64,000 nt of DNA, from contig CAVWLP010000002.1 in assembly GCA_963755915.1 (NCBI GenBank), positions 4,128,001-4,192,000 on the forward strand, in the 5' to 3' direction. The notes beneath the pieces were generated by a model. It did no database searches. It saw nothing but the letters and a program-made list of their open reading frames with translations, and was not told where the DNA came from. Numbering within the stretch: position 1 is the first letter of the stretch; each line of letters starts with the position of its first letter. This document shows, piece after piece, positions 44,339 to 55,013 of this stretch. This stretch comes from an uncultured Phycisphaerales bacterium (lineage in GTDB: Bacteria; Planctomycetota; Phycisphaerae; Tepidisphaerales; Tepidisphaeraceae). Position numbers and translations under genes: made by a program.

Positions 44339-44352
44339 CAAGCGCTTTCTGA
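44339..44352. promoter_or_regulatory. Putative LacI-family operator in the divergent GH74/GH31 promoter
   Basis: CAAGCGCTTTCTGA, identical to 35421-35434. Confidence 0.65.
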
Positions 44353-44398
44353 CGATATTATCACCTTTGGTTAAAAGCCGGAGATAAACCGGCAGCGG

Positions 44399-47257
44399 AT
44401 GGAGGCTCTCTTGGGCGGTCAGCGGATTTTTAGTAACTTTGTTCGGGCTGCGGGTTTACTGTTTGCGGCTCTGGTCGCCTGCGGGCCGCAAATGGCCCAT
44501 GATTCGAGCAACGTCATGCCTGAAAAATTTGCCTGGGAAGACAACGCGGTCGTCATTGCCCAGGACGACGGCTGGCTGAGAATCCAGGCAATTTCTGACG
44601 ACATTATCCGCGTTTCCTTTTGCGCGATCAGGGACTTCTTCAGACCTCAAGCCTTTCGGTTTTGCCGCAGGCGGGGCTGCGGCCAACCGTTAAGGAGGAT
44701 TCCACCACCGTAAGTATTTCCACCGCAAAGGTTACCGCGCGGGTCGATTTGAACACCGGGAATGTGACCTTCCTGGATCCGGCCGGAAAAGTCCTCCTCG
44801 CCGAGAAGGCCCGGAATCTCGAACCGGCGGATGTGCAGGGCCAAAAGACGTTTCACGTCCGCCAGCAGTGGGGCGGGGCACAGGACGAATCGCTCTACGG
44901 CCTGGGCGAAAATCAACTCGGCCTGACCGACATCAAGGGATATGACCTGGACCTCTGGCAGCACAACGGAACGATCGTCATCCCGCTTCTGGTTTCCAGC
45001 CGGGGGTATGGGATTTTCTGGGATAATCCGTCCTTCACCCGATTCGGGGATTTACGGCCATTTGCGGCCATGCCCGCCGCGACACTCCTCGATGCCTCGG
45101 GCGCAGGGGGGATTGACAGCTTCCTATTTCTCCGATTCCGAGTTTTCGGATCTGATTACCCAGCAGCGGGATGAGCGGGTTTCAATTGAGAGGCATCGAA
45201 GCCGAGACATCATTGCCTCCGATCCGCAGTCCCCTCTGGGGGATCTACCTGCTTCCGAGGGAAGCGTCAGGTGGGAGGGGTCTATCGCTGCCCCCACGAC
45301 CGGCGACTATCAGTTCCAGGCCTTCTCCGATGGGCAAATCAATCTCTGGATCGACGGGAAAATGGTGATGGACCAGTGGCGGCAAAGCTGGCTCCCCTGG
45401 AAGGACATCGCCAAGGTTCGCATGGAGGCCGGCAAGAAATATCCGATCAAAGTCGAGTGGTCCCGGCAGGGGGGATCGACGATTCAGCTTTTGTGGAAGC
45501 CTCCAGCATCCGATTCGGATTCGAAAAATATTTCCCTTTGGTCGGAAGTCGGTGGGGGGGTGGAATATTATTTCTTGAATGGCTCCCGCATCGATGACGT
45601 GATCGCGGGCTATCGCAAGCTCACCGGCCAGGCGCCCATGATGCCGATCTGGGCGCTGGGGCTCTGGCAGTCCCGGCAGAGATACGAAACCGCCCAGCAG
45701 AGCCTGGACGTTGTGGAGGGGTATCGCAGCCGGGGGATCCCGCTGGATAATATCGTCCAGGACTGGCGATATTGGCCCGAGGGGCAGTGGGGCTCGCACG
45801 CGTTCGATCCGGAGCGCTTTCCCGATCCGGCCGGATGGATTCAGAAAATTCACCAGGATCACGCCCGGCTCATGATCTCCGTGTGGGGAAAATTCTATCC
45901 GGGAACGAAGAATTTCGACCAGATGAAGAAGGGCGGATTCCTTTATCCGCGAACCCTCACGGAAGAAACCACCGATTGGCTGGGATTCAACTATGCATTC
46001 TTTGACGCCTTCAATGCCGGGGCGCGAAAACTTTTCTGGGAACAGATCAAGCCGGCTTTGTTCGCCAAAGGCGTCGACGCGTGGTGGCTGGACGCCACCG
46101 AACCGGACCTAATGCCGCGGCCCACGCTCGATGGCCAGCGCTCAAGTATGAATCCAACCGCGCTGGGACCGGGGTCGGCCGTCCTCAACGCCTATTCGCT
46201 CATGGAATGCGAGGCAATTTACGATGGGCAGCGGCAGGCCGCACCGGATAAGCGCGCCTTTATCCTCACCCGCTCGGGATATGCGGGCCAGCAGCGCTAT
46301 GCCGCCGCCAGTTGGTCGGGAGACACCAGCTCAACCTGGCAGGCGATGCACAAGCAGATCGCCGCGGGGATCGGATTTTGCATGTCCGGCGTGCCCTACT
46401 GGACCATGGACGTCGGTGGGTTTTCCGTCCCGCAGCGGTTTAGCAAGTCGGACGCAGACCCCGCCGATGTGCAGGAGTGGCGCGAGCTTATCACCCGCTG
46501 GTTCGAGTTCTGCACCTTCTGCCCGCTGCTTCGCGTGCACGGAGAGTTTCCCCATCGCGAGATGTGGGAATTCGGCGGCGACACCAGCGAGGCCTATCAG
46601 GCCCAGTTGAAGTTTGACCGCCTGCGCTATCGGCTTCTGCCGTATATCTATTCCCTCGCCGGATGGGTGACGCAACGCGATTACACGATTATGCGCGGAC
46701 TGGCAATGGATTTTCCCCAGGACCGCGCAGCGCGCGAATCAACGGATCAATTCATGCTCGGTCCCGCGTTTCTGGTGAATCCGATGACGGAATACCGCGC
46801 GCAGCCGGGAGGTCTATCTGCCGGCGGGAACGCGCTGGTATGACTTCTGGACGGGCAAAATGTTAGAGGGAGCCCAGACGATTTCAGCCCCTGCCGGCAT
46901 GGATTCCATTCCAATTTATGTGGCGCGGGATCGATCATTCCGTTTGGACCGGACCTGCAATATACCGGCGAGAAACCCGCAGATCCGATCGAGCTGCGCG
47001 TCTATACCGGCGCCGATGCACAATTCGATTTGTACGAGGACGACGGCGTGAGCAACGCCTACGAGAAAGGGGAGTTTTCGATCATTCCCATCCGCTGGGA
47101 TGAGAAGACGAGCACGCTGACAATTGGGAAGCGGCAGGGGGGATATCCGGGAATGCTGGATCAGCGGATGTTCAGCCTGGTGCTTGTATCAGAAAGAGGT
47201 GCTGGGGAGCCACGGAGCTTGAAATATGGGGGGAATGCGATTGAACTGCCGCAGTAG
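44399..47257 (+). CDS. GH31 alpha-xylosidase-like enzyme with PA14 insert (several frameshifts)
   Basis: DESLYGLGENQ, PA14 (SVRWEGSI.APTTGDYQF), IVQDWRYW, WWLDATEP, WSGDT, LYEDDGVS..YEKG across ORFs 44399, 44620, 44942, 47030. Confidence 0.9.
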
Positions 47258-47262
47258 GCGAT

Positions 47263-48183
47263 TCACTCCGCGCTGTCCGCCGGTGGCGCCGGCAAAACAC
47301 TGTCGATATCCCCCGCGTCGTCCGCCCCTTCAAAATCCATCAGGAAATGAATGTTCTTCGACTTCTTCTCCCCAAGCTGCCGGCGCAAAAGCTTTTGGGC
47401 CCGCCGAACCCCCGTGCGCCGGGAGACGTGAATCAAAACAATGTCGCGATTTTTCAGCTTGTCGATCGCGTCGATAAAGTGGTCGAGATGCAGATGACGC
47501 CCCGCCTTGGCCTTTGATTTATGATCGGCGTCGAAGAACGTAACCTCGGTAATGAGCACCTCGGCGTTCTGCACATCCGGATGGTCGAACACCTCCCCCA
47601 TTGTCGTATCGCCCAGGTAAGCCACGAGCGGAACCTCGACTCGGTATTGAATCTGCACCCCCTTTTTCTTCAGCGCGACAAGCTCATTCGACGTAGCCCC
47701 GATATATTCCTGCTTGAGCTTTTCCCGCACCGACACCAGCGAATATCCCAGGCTCGGCCCGCCATGATGCGTCGCGAAGCAGCGGATGGAAAAATCCCGG
47801 CGGACTTCGTGCACCTCCCCGGGCGACATGCCGACCAGCTCATACGGCGTCGCCTGCCGTTCAATGTCGCGCCAGCATCTCAGCAGCGTCTCCACCGGCC
47901 GCTGAAGCTCGCGCGGCAGCAAAATTGTCCCCGGCTTCATCCCCTGAAATGAGCGCTGCGAAAGGTAGTAGGGGAGCCCCGCGATGTGGTCCATATGCCC
48001 ATGCGTGATGCAGACAATATCGCTGGTCAACGCAAAGTAGGGGCTGCGGCCGATATCAAAGCAGACGTTCAGCTCAGGCACCTGCACCAGCGTCTCCTCG
48101 CCCGCCACGCTGTACCCGATCACGTGAATGTTCCCCAGCAAAAGCTTGGCGAACCGCTGAACCAGGAATGATTTTTCCGACAT
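47263..48183 (-). CDS. MBL-fold metallo-hydrolase (RNase Z-like)
   Basis: SVAGEET, FDIG, THGHMDH, YLGDT, EVTF, H.S.R. Confidence 0.85.
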   Translation of the reverse strand: MSEKSFLVQRFAKLLLGNIHVIGYSVAGEETLVQVPELNVCFDIGRSPYFALTSDIVCITHGHMDHIAGLPYYLSQRSFQGMKPGTILLPRELQRPVETLLRCWRDIERQATPYELVGMSPGEVHEVRRDFSIRCFATHHGGPSLGYSLVSVREKLKQEYIGATSNELVALKKKGVQIQYRVEVPLVAYLGDTTMGEVFDHPDVQNAEVLITEVTFFDADHKSKAKAGRHLHLDHFIDAIDKLKNRDIVLIHVSRRTGVRRAQKLLRRQLGEKKSKNIHFLMDFEGADDAGDIDSVLPAPPADSAE

Positions 48184-48206
48184 TGTTCTCTGCAAAAAAA
48201 GTGCGA

Positions 48207-48767
48207 TCAGAACCGGATGTGACGATCCTTGATCTGGCGCTGCTCGAGCAGGCGCGCCAGCAGGGCAATATATCCGATCGAGATCAGCCCGGCATCCTGC
48301 AGCCCCAGCGTCTGTCGGACCGCGGCGATCTCCTGCTCGGATTTTCCCTCGATTTCAACAAATTTGCCCAGCAGCGGCAGCTCGTCCAGATCGATCTCGC
48401 TGTCCCCCATTTTCCAAGTTTCCCGCCGTTTTTCGAAGGAAAGAGTGGCGGCATACCCCAGGTATTCAAACATTTCCCGCACCGCCTCGGCGTCATCCGC
48501 CACAAACTGGATCTCCTCCCGCGCCTTGAACTGCGACTTTTGCAGCGGACCCTTCATCGTCACCGTGCACTTTTTATGCCCCCCCTCATCCACCGCCACG
48601 CGAATCCGCAAACCCTTGTCCGCCGATCGCAGAACATTGCCCGGCGTGTCGAAAAACGTATTCGTCTCCAGCTCAGATTTGATCCGCGCCGCCCCCGCCG
48701 ATTTGAGCTTCCCGCGCACTGGCTCCAGATCGGCGACCTGCATCTTGGCTTCGAGTTCCGTCGGCAT
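48207..48767 (-). CDS. Class IV adenylate cyclase / CYTH domain protein
   Basis: ELEAK, LRIR, KGP, REEIQF, EKRRETW, LDELPLLGKFVEIE. Confidence 0.9.
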   Translation of the reverse strand: MPTELEAKMQVADLEPVRGKLKSAGAARIKSELETNTFFDTPGNVLRSADKGLRIRVAVDEGGHKKCTVTMKGPLQKSQFKAREEIQFVADDAEAVREMFEYLGYAATLSFEKRRETWKMGDSEIDLDELPLLGKFVEIEGKSEQEIAAVRQTLGLQDAGLISIGYIALLARLLEQRQIKDRHIRF

Positions 48768-48768
48768 C

Positions 48769-51694
48769 TTATTTCACTACCAGACTGACAAGCTTCTTCG
48801 TCGCGTAAATCTGTTTGACCACCGTTTTGTTCGCCAGCCACGATTTAACCGATTCCGCGTCCCGCGCCGCGGTAAATATTTCTTCTTCCGAAGCCTCCGC
48901 GGCAACCGTAATCGTCCCCCGGAGCTTCCCATTCACCTGCACTGCAAGCTCCATGGTCGATTCAGCAAGCTTCGCCGGGTCAAATTTTGGCCAGGGATAG
49001 CGCGCCAGCGACGGCTGATGCCCAAGCCGCGTCCATATCTCCTCCGCCAGGTGCGGCGCGAACGGCGCCAGAAGCAAAACGAATTTCTCCGCCAGCTCCC
49101 TAGGAACTCCGCCGCTTAATCGCCCAATCTCGTTGTTCAGCTTGATCAGCTCGGCAATCGCCGTGTTAAACCGCAAACCCTCGATGTCCTCACCCACTTT
49201 TTTAATCGTCCGCTGAAGCTGGCGATCCAGGGCCTCAGGAATTCTCTCGGCAGTAATCGTCGCAATCTTATTCGCCTCCTCATCGCCGACGAGATTCCGG
49301 TAAACCGCGCTGAGAAACCGCGACATCCCCACAATATCCCGCGTATTCCACGGCTTCTGCGCCTCCAGCGGCCCCATATACATCTCATAAAGCCGAAACG
49401 TGTCCGCGCCGTAGTCCCCCACGATTTGGTCGGGGTTCACGATGTTCCCCCGGCTTTTGCTCATCTTGAAGCTCCGGGCCTCAAGGACGATGTTGGGGTC
49501 CGATTTAAGCACATACCGCTCCCCGCGCTTTTCGACGAGCTCCGCCTCGATGCGGTTCGCAACGAATTTCTGCCCGCTTGTTTTATTCGTCCCGACCAGT
49601 CGTGGCCCCTCCGCGACAGCTTCTTCCACAATATCCTCAAGCCCCGCAGCGCTGACGTTCTTCCCGTCGGCTGTCGTGAAGAGATGAAACTCCATCTCCC
49701 CCAAAATCGTCCCCTGATTCACCAGCTTGGCAAACGGTTCCGGCGTGGAAACATGCCCCAGATCAAAAAGCACCTTGTGCCAGAACCGCGCGTAAAGCAG
49801 ATGCAGCACGGCATGCTCGGCCCCGCCGACATAAAGATCGATCGGCATCCAATATTTCTCTTTTTTCGGATCGACGAAGCGCTCGGAATTCTTCGGATCG
49901 ATGAATCGAAGATAATACCAGCAGCTTCCTGCCCACTGCGGCATCGTGTTCGTCTCGCGCACCGCCGGCTGCCCGTCGAAGGTAACCCTGGCCCAATCCC
50001 TCGCCTTGCTCAGCGGCGGCTCCAGCGTGCCCGTAGGCCGGAAGTCGTCGATCTCCGGCAGCTTCACCGGAAGCTCGCTCTCAGGCACCGGCCACGGATT
50101 ATTCTCACCATCGAGGATGATCGGAAACGGCTCCCCCCAATACCGCTGCCGGCTGAAAATCCAATCCCGCAGCTTATATTTCACCGACCGCTTCCCAACC
50201 TCCTCGTCATCGAGAATCTCCGGGATTTTCTCCTTCGCCTCCTGCGTCGTCAGCCCGTTGATAGGGGGGCTGTTTACGGCGATTCCTTCCTCCTCAAACG
50301 CTTTGCCGGCAGGGGGGCTCGATTTATCCGCCGGCGCCACCACCGTCCGCATCGGCAGCTTGAATTTCGTGGCAAAGTCAAAATCCCGCTGATCATGCGC
50401 CGGCACCGCCATGATCGCCCCAGTCCCATACCCCATCAAAACATAGTCCGCGATCCAAATCGGAATCTTTTCATTGTTGACCGGGTTGACGCAAAAGCCC
50501 CGGTGAATACGCCGGTCTTATCCTTCGTTTCCGCCACCCGATCGCGCTCGGATTTCGCCGCGACCGCCTGCGCGATACGCCTCAACCGCCGACTTCTGCG
50601 CGGAGGATGTAATCCGCTCCACCAACGGATGCTCCGGCGAAAGAACCATATACGTCGCCCCAAACAGCGTATCCGGCCGCGTCGTATAAACCGTCACAAA
50701 CGGCGGATCATTTTCCTCCGCCCCGGCGGGGGGGTTGCCGGGGAGATTGCCGCCGGAGATGCTGGCGGCATCAATCTCAAAATCCACCTCCGCCCCCACG
50801 CTCCTCCCGATCCAGTTCCGCTGCATTTCCTTCAGCGATTCGGGCCAGTTCAGCTTCTCCAGATCTTCTAGCAGCCGCTCGGCAATACGCCGTGATCCGC
50901 AGCACCCATTGCCGCATCGGCTGCCGCACCACCGGGAAACCGCCCACTTCGCTCTTCCCATCGATCACCTCTTCATTCGCCAGCACCGTCCCCAGCCCCG
51001 GGCACCAGTTAACCGGAATTTCATCCATGTACGCCAGCCGCTGATCGTCCACGATCTCCCGCCGCTCCCCCTCATCGAGTTCGCGCCAAAGCCGCCCAAG
51101 CCGATTGTCCCCCAGGATCGGCTCCAGGCTCGGATCGGTCGGATTGAGATGAATCGACCCATCCGGCCCGCAAATGTAATTGTCGTTCTGCAAGCTCGTT
51201 GATCAGGTGCGAGATCGGCTTCGCCTTCTGGTCCACCGGATCGAAATAGCTGTTAAACAGCTGCAAAAAAATCCACTGCGTCCACCGGTAATAGCCCGGA
51301 TCGGTCGTATCGACTTCCCGTTCCCAGTCGTAGCTGAGCCCCAGCATCTGGATCTGCTTGCGGAAGTTGGCGATGTTCTGCTCGGTCGTGATCCGCGGGT
51401 GCACATTCTGCTTGATGGCATACTGCTCCGCCGGCAGCCCAAACGCGTCCCACCCCATCGGATGCAGCACGTTAAATCCCTTCATCCGCAGATAGCGCGC
51501 AAAGATATCGGTCGCCGTATACCCCTCCGGATGCCCCACATGCAGCCCCGCCCCGCTCGGATAAGGAAACATATCCAGCACATACGCCTTGGGCATGTTC
51601 GCCGCCTCATTCGGCTCCAGCGCTGCGAAACGACCGGTTCTGCAAGCCAATACTGCTGCCATTTCTTCTCGATGGCGGTGAAGTTGTAACCCAT
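48769..51694 (-). CDS. leuS: Leucine--tRNA ligase (several frameshifts)
   Basis: [59 protein letters not shown]. Confidence 0.96.
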
Positions 51695-51940
51695 GCCCGC
51701 CCAATATATGCGAAATTCCCAAATTGCCCCATGGCGAACCCGCAGCCGGAGGCGAGGAGCGGTACTCCGCATTGGCCGGATGCCGTCGGGCTGGAGGCCC
51801 CACTATCAGCCGAGGGGCAAACCCTCTTCACCCCGTTTAGCCGCGCCCCGCAGGGAAGCGCTTTTCAGTGCGGAAAAAGGGGGTTCCGAGCATTAACTCG
51901 CAACTCACAACTCATAACTCGCAACCCTTCCCATTTTCCC

Positions 51941-51968
51941 TCAACTCCCGAGCCCCACGTTCCGATAA
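51941..51968 (+). promoter_or_regulatory. Possible sigma-28 (FliA)-type promoter
   Basis: TCAAC-N15-TCCGATAA upstream of the PilZ gene. Confidence 0.4.
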
Positions 51969-52003
51969 CTACCAATGCTGAAAGTTCGAACGGAGGTACC
52001 CCT

Positions 52004-52408
52004 ATGTTGACCCTCACGCAACGCGACACAACCGCGAACGACACAACCGCCCTCCCCGACGATTCCGCAGACAGCGGCATCGAACGCCGCCGCGGCCTGA
52101 GAATCCAGCAGAACCGCCCGATCAAAGTCTTCGAGCACACCGCCGCCCGATACTTCGGCGGGCAGACCCAGGACGTCAGCTCCACCGGCCTGCGCCTCGA
52201 ATTGCCCCGCTCCATGCCCGTCCGCCCCGGCAAACTCCTCAGCATTCACGTCGGCATCGGCGCCGCCGGCCAACCGCTGGCAAATCGCAGAAACATGATC
52301 CCCGCCCGCGTCGTCTGGGTGAATCCCCCAGTCCAGCCCGAAGCCCGCACCCAGGCGGTAGGGGTGGAATTCATGGCCAGCATCGCCTCACAACTCGACG
52401 CCGCCTGA
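52004..52408 (+). CDS. PilZ domain protein (c-di-GMP receptor)
   Basis: ERRRGLR (RxxxR), DVSSTG (DxSxxG), ARVVWV, VGVEF; GGAGG RBS. Confidence 0.88.
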   Translation: MLTLTQRDTTANDTTALPDDSADSGIERRRGLRIQQNRPIKVFEHTAARYFGGQTQDVSSTGLRLELPRSMPVRPGKLLSIHVGIGAAGQPLANRRNMIPARVVWVNPPVQPEARTQAVGVEFMASIASQLDAA

Positions 52409-52436
52409 CCAAAAAAGAAATTCTGGAGTGGGAGCG

Positions 52437-52462
52437 GAGCCCGGCAACGGGCTCTTTTTTTT
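52437..52462 (+). terminator. Rho-independent terminator
   Basis: GAGCCCG-GCAA-CGGGCTC followed by T8. Confidence 0.9.
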
Positions 52463-52850
52463 GCGCATGCGGCGGTGGGGCGGCAATTCACACAGGGCAC
52501 ATCCCCACACGCCTGTACAACCGAATAGCCCCCGAAGGGTTGTTCTCCCGCACTTTAAGAGTGACCGCCGCCGCGCCCCGTTGTCGGAACGTCGCGAAAG
52601 CATGCAGCAGAAGTGCTTCGCCCAACCCGCGTCGCCGCCAATCTGGATGAACCACGAGATCCTTCACAAAAGCATTCGTCCAGCATTGCGCCACACCCAC
52701 CACAGGACCTTCGGCACACCGCGCAACGAAACAGACCGCAGGATCGAATTCCACATCCGACACGAGAGCGTCGCGCCAATGCGAAAAATCACCAACCTCC
52801 CCGCCCCCCTTGGCGTACCCGATGGTTAATAATTCATGGATTTCCGCTAA

Positions 52851-53738
52851 GAGGCTATTTCAAAACCCGTGTTAGTTTATGAATTCGTCGGAAACAAATC
52901 ATGCATGCGGCCAACTCGTTGTAGGCCTGCCAATGGGTCGCGGTCTTTTCGTAGCAGCTTCGCAATCGACGCCAGTTGCCGAACCATGCCATCGTGCGTT
53001 CCACGACGTAACGCACTTTTCCCAAACCGCTGCCATGCTCGCTGCCGCGCGGAGCCAGCAGGCTTTTGATCTTCAAGGCGACGACGGCGGCGATGATCCA
53101 GGGGAAGCCATATCCGCGATCGCCAACCAAAGCATCGGGTTTGCTGCGGGGACGACCTCGTGGCCCTTGAATCGGCGGAAGATTCTGGACCATTTCGAGC
53201 ACCGGCTGCTCATCGCGGATGTTGGCGGGTGTGGTGTGAACCAACAGCGGCAAGCCTTGTGCCTCCGTGATGACGTGACGTTTGCACCCGTTTTTCCTGC
53301 GATCTACGGGACTCGGCCCCGTGTGCGCCCCCAAAAATGGCGCGAACCGATTCGGAATCGACCACGGCTCGCCGCAGGTCGATCTCGCCGAGACGACCGA
53401 GCCCATTGAGCAGCAGCTGGTGCAATCGCAGCCAAACGCCGGCACGAGTCCAATCGCGGAATCGTCGCCAGACGGTCACGCCGCTGACTCCGAAAACCTC
53501 GGCTGGTAACAGGTTGTACGGCATGCCGCTCCAGAGAATGAAGATCAACGCGCGCAGACACAACCGATCGTCGGCCGGCGGACGTCCTCCTTTTTTCGAG
53601 ACGTGGTGCGGCGGCAACAATGGCTGTACTTCGTTCCAAAGTTCGTCGGGAAGCAGTTCCACTGCCATGACATCGCCTCCTTGCGATAGAATGGTCGGAG
53701 TTCATTTTACGGAAAAACACCGGTTTTGAAACAGCTTC
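52851..53738 (-). mobile_element. IS5-family insertion sequence (two-ORF type), 888 bp
   Basis: 23-bp IRs GAGGCTATTTCAAAACCCGTGTT / GAAGCTGTTTCAAAACCGGTGTT; TAA duplication at 52848-52850 and 53739-53741. Confidence 0.93.
52855..53668 (-). CDS. IS5-family transposase, OrfA (53210-53668) + OrfB joined by a frameshift near 53330
   Basis: LPDELWNEVQPLLP..GGRPP.DDR; VVDSESVRA; GDRGY; RYVVERTMAWF; TTTTTGGGGG at the junction. Confidence 0.9.
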
Positions 53739-53867
53739 TAAATCCCCCTCCCTGAAATCCACCAGGCCCACACCAGCCGGCCAAATCGGCGCAGCAACAG
53801 GATCGCGAAGATTGCGTCGCATAAGCAGCACCGTCGGAGGAATGGCATCCATGTAGGAAATCGTCCC

Positions 53868-54012
53868 GCGGCAACTCCTTGTCCCACACCTCAAGGCCGC
53901 ACCGAACGTCACCCGGCCAGCCATGTGCCCTCGCCGCGGAACCGAATCACCTTATACGAGATACCGACTTTTCTCGTCACCAACACCGTAACCGAAAAGA
54001 CTCTTTCCTCTC
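53868..54012. repeat. Dispersed ~140-bp intergenic repeat, copy B
   Basis: Similar to 10307-10450, same orientation. Confidence 0.85.
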
Positions 54013-54062
54013 TTTTCGCTGCTTTTTTGAAATTCAACGCGATTGGAAATCAACCCCCTACT

Positions 54063-54090
54063 ACGTCCTATAATGTATGTTATGTTAAGT
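54063..54090 (+). other. dif: XerCD recombination site (dif-like)
   Basis: ACGTCCTATAA-TGTATG-TTATGTTAAGT: 11-6-11 structure; compare E. coli GGTGCGCATAA-TGTATA-TTATGTTAAAT (XerD arm 10/11). Confidence 0.88.
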
Positions 54091-54105
54091 TTCGTGGCAC
54101 TGGTA

Positions 54106-54930
54106 TCATTTGAGTAATCCAATCAAATCCTCCAGTTCCCACAGCCTATTTATCAATCCCGCTTCCATCGCTGGCGTCTGTTTAATGGTCGAGTGAATCC
54201 GGCACCAGTTGTAATAGGTCCAGAAAATCGCCGTCATCGCAACGTGATTCTCGAATTTCTTGCTGTGGGCGTTCGTCAGCCGCGTGTACCGCCGCACGCT
54301 CATCCGGGCGGTGAGATTCGACCGCTCAACAAAGCTGGTGGAGATATGCTTCGGATCGGGATTGCCGATGCGCGGCGTAACTTTGATGCCGATGCACTCC
54401 GGCGGGGAGTATTTGCCTTCCGCGTCTTTATCCGGGCCGTACAACTTCACCAGTTGGGCGAAATCAACCTCGCAATTGAATTGGTTAATCATCGCGCTCC
54501 AATAGGCGTGGAAGCCGTCTGTGGTGACCTGTACGCGATTCTTTAACCGCCATGCGACATCGGCGGTGATTACGTTCGCTACGCTGCCATCGCGGCCCCC
54601 TACCAGCCAAGCAACCATCAGCTTTGAATCGCTGTCGATGCAGGTCCAGGTCCAAGCATCGCCAATTCCGGCGGTGCCGCGAAGCTCCGGACGCACGTTC
54701 TTTTCTTTGCAATGAACGAAGTCCCAAAGCTCGTCAAACTGGAGACGCTTTGAATTGAGGTTGCAAACCTTGTCGTCATGGAACTGCTGGCAGGCTTCCC
54801 CAAGGTCGCGGATAAGGCGAAGGATGGTCGTTTTGGCGATACCCGTCATTCGGACGGTGCTATTGATGCTGCATCCCTCAACCAAGGCCATAATCACCCG
54901 GGACTGCTCTTGAATGCTTAACTTATTCAT
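54106..54930 (-). CDS. IS1-like DDE transposase, 274 aa, single ORF
   Basis: N-terminal HTH (LVEGCSINSTVRMTGIAKTTILR), QFDELWDFV, VTTDGFHAY, ISTSFVERSNLTAR, RYTRLTNAHSKK; stop codon lies inside the IR. Confidence 0.88.
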   Translation of the reverse strand: MNKLSIQEQSRVIMALVEGCSINSTVRMTGIAKTTILRLIRDLGEACQQFHDDKVCNLNSKRLQFDELWDFVHCKEKNVRPELRGTAGIGDAWTWTCIDSDSKLMVAWLVGGRDGSVANVITADVAWRLKNRVQVTTDGFHAYWSAMINQFNCEVDFAQLVKLYGPDKDAEGKYSPPECIGIKVTPRIGNPDPKHISTSFVERSNLTARMSVRRYTRLTNAHSKKFENHVAMTAIFWTYYNWCRIHSTIKQTPAMEAGLINRLWELEDLIGLLK

Positions 54931-54937
54931 GGAAATC

Positions 54938-55007
54938 GGTGTAGGTACAAATTGTGGGCTTGTCAAGAATAAAACCTCTTGACTTGACCACAATTTGTCC
55001 GTACCAT
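54938..55007. promoter_or_regulatory. Back-to-back sigma70 promoters with palindromic operator
   Basis: + strand TTGACT-N17-TACCAT-N6-ATG; - strand TTGACA-N17-TACACC-N7-ATG; inverted 11-mers ACAAATTGTGG (54947-54957) / CCACAATTTGT (54988-54998), one in each spacer. Confidence 0.75.
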
Positions 55008-55013
55008 GCCGCC

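Larger units (their letters stand above)
52488..53852 (-). pseudogene. GNAT acetyltransferase interrupted by IS5
   Basis: Removing 52851-53738 plus one TAA copy restores one frame: MDAIPPTVLLMRRNL...REGDL|AEIHELL...VHPDWRRRGLGEALL...AIRLYRRVGM. Confidence 0.9.

Noticed and set aside
50716-50760. GC-rich palindromic insert in leuS ([20 protein letters not shown])
   Set aside because: May be a repeat insertion, but it does not clearly match the REP consensus and lies in a naturally variable loop.
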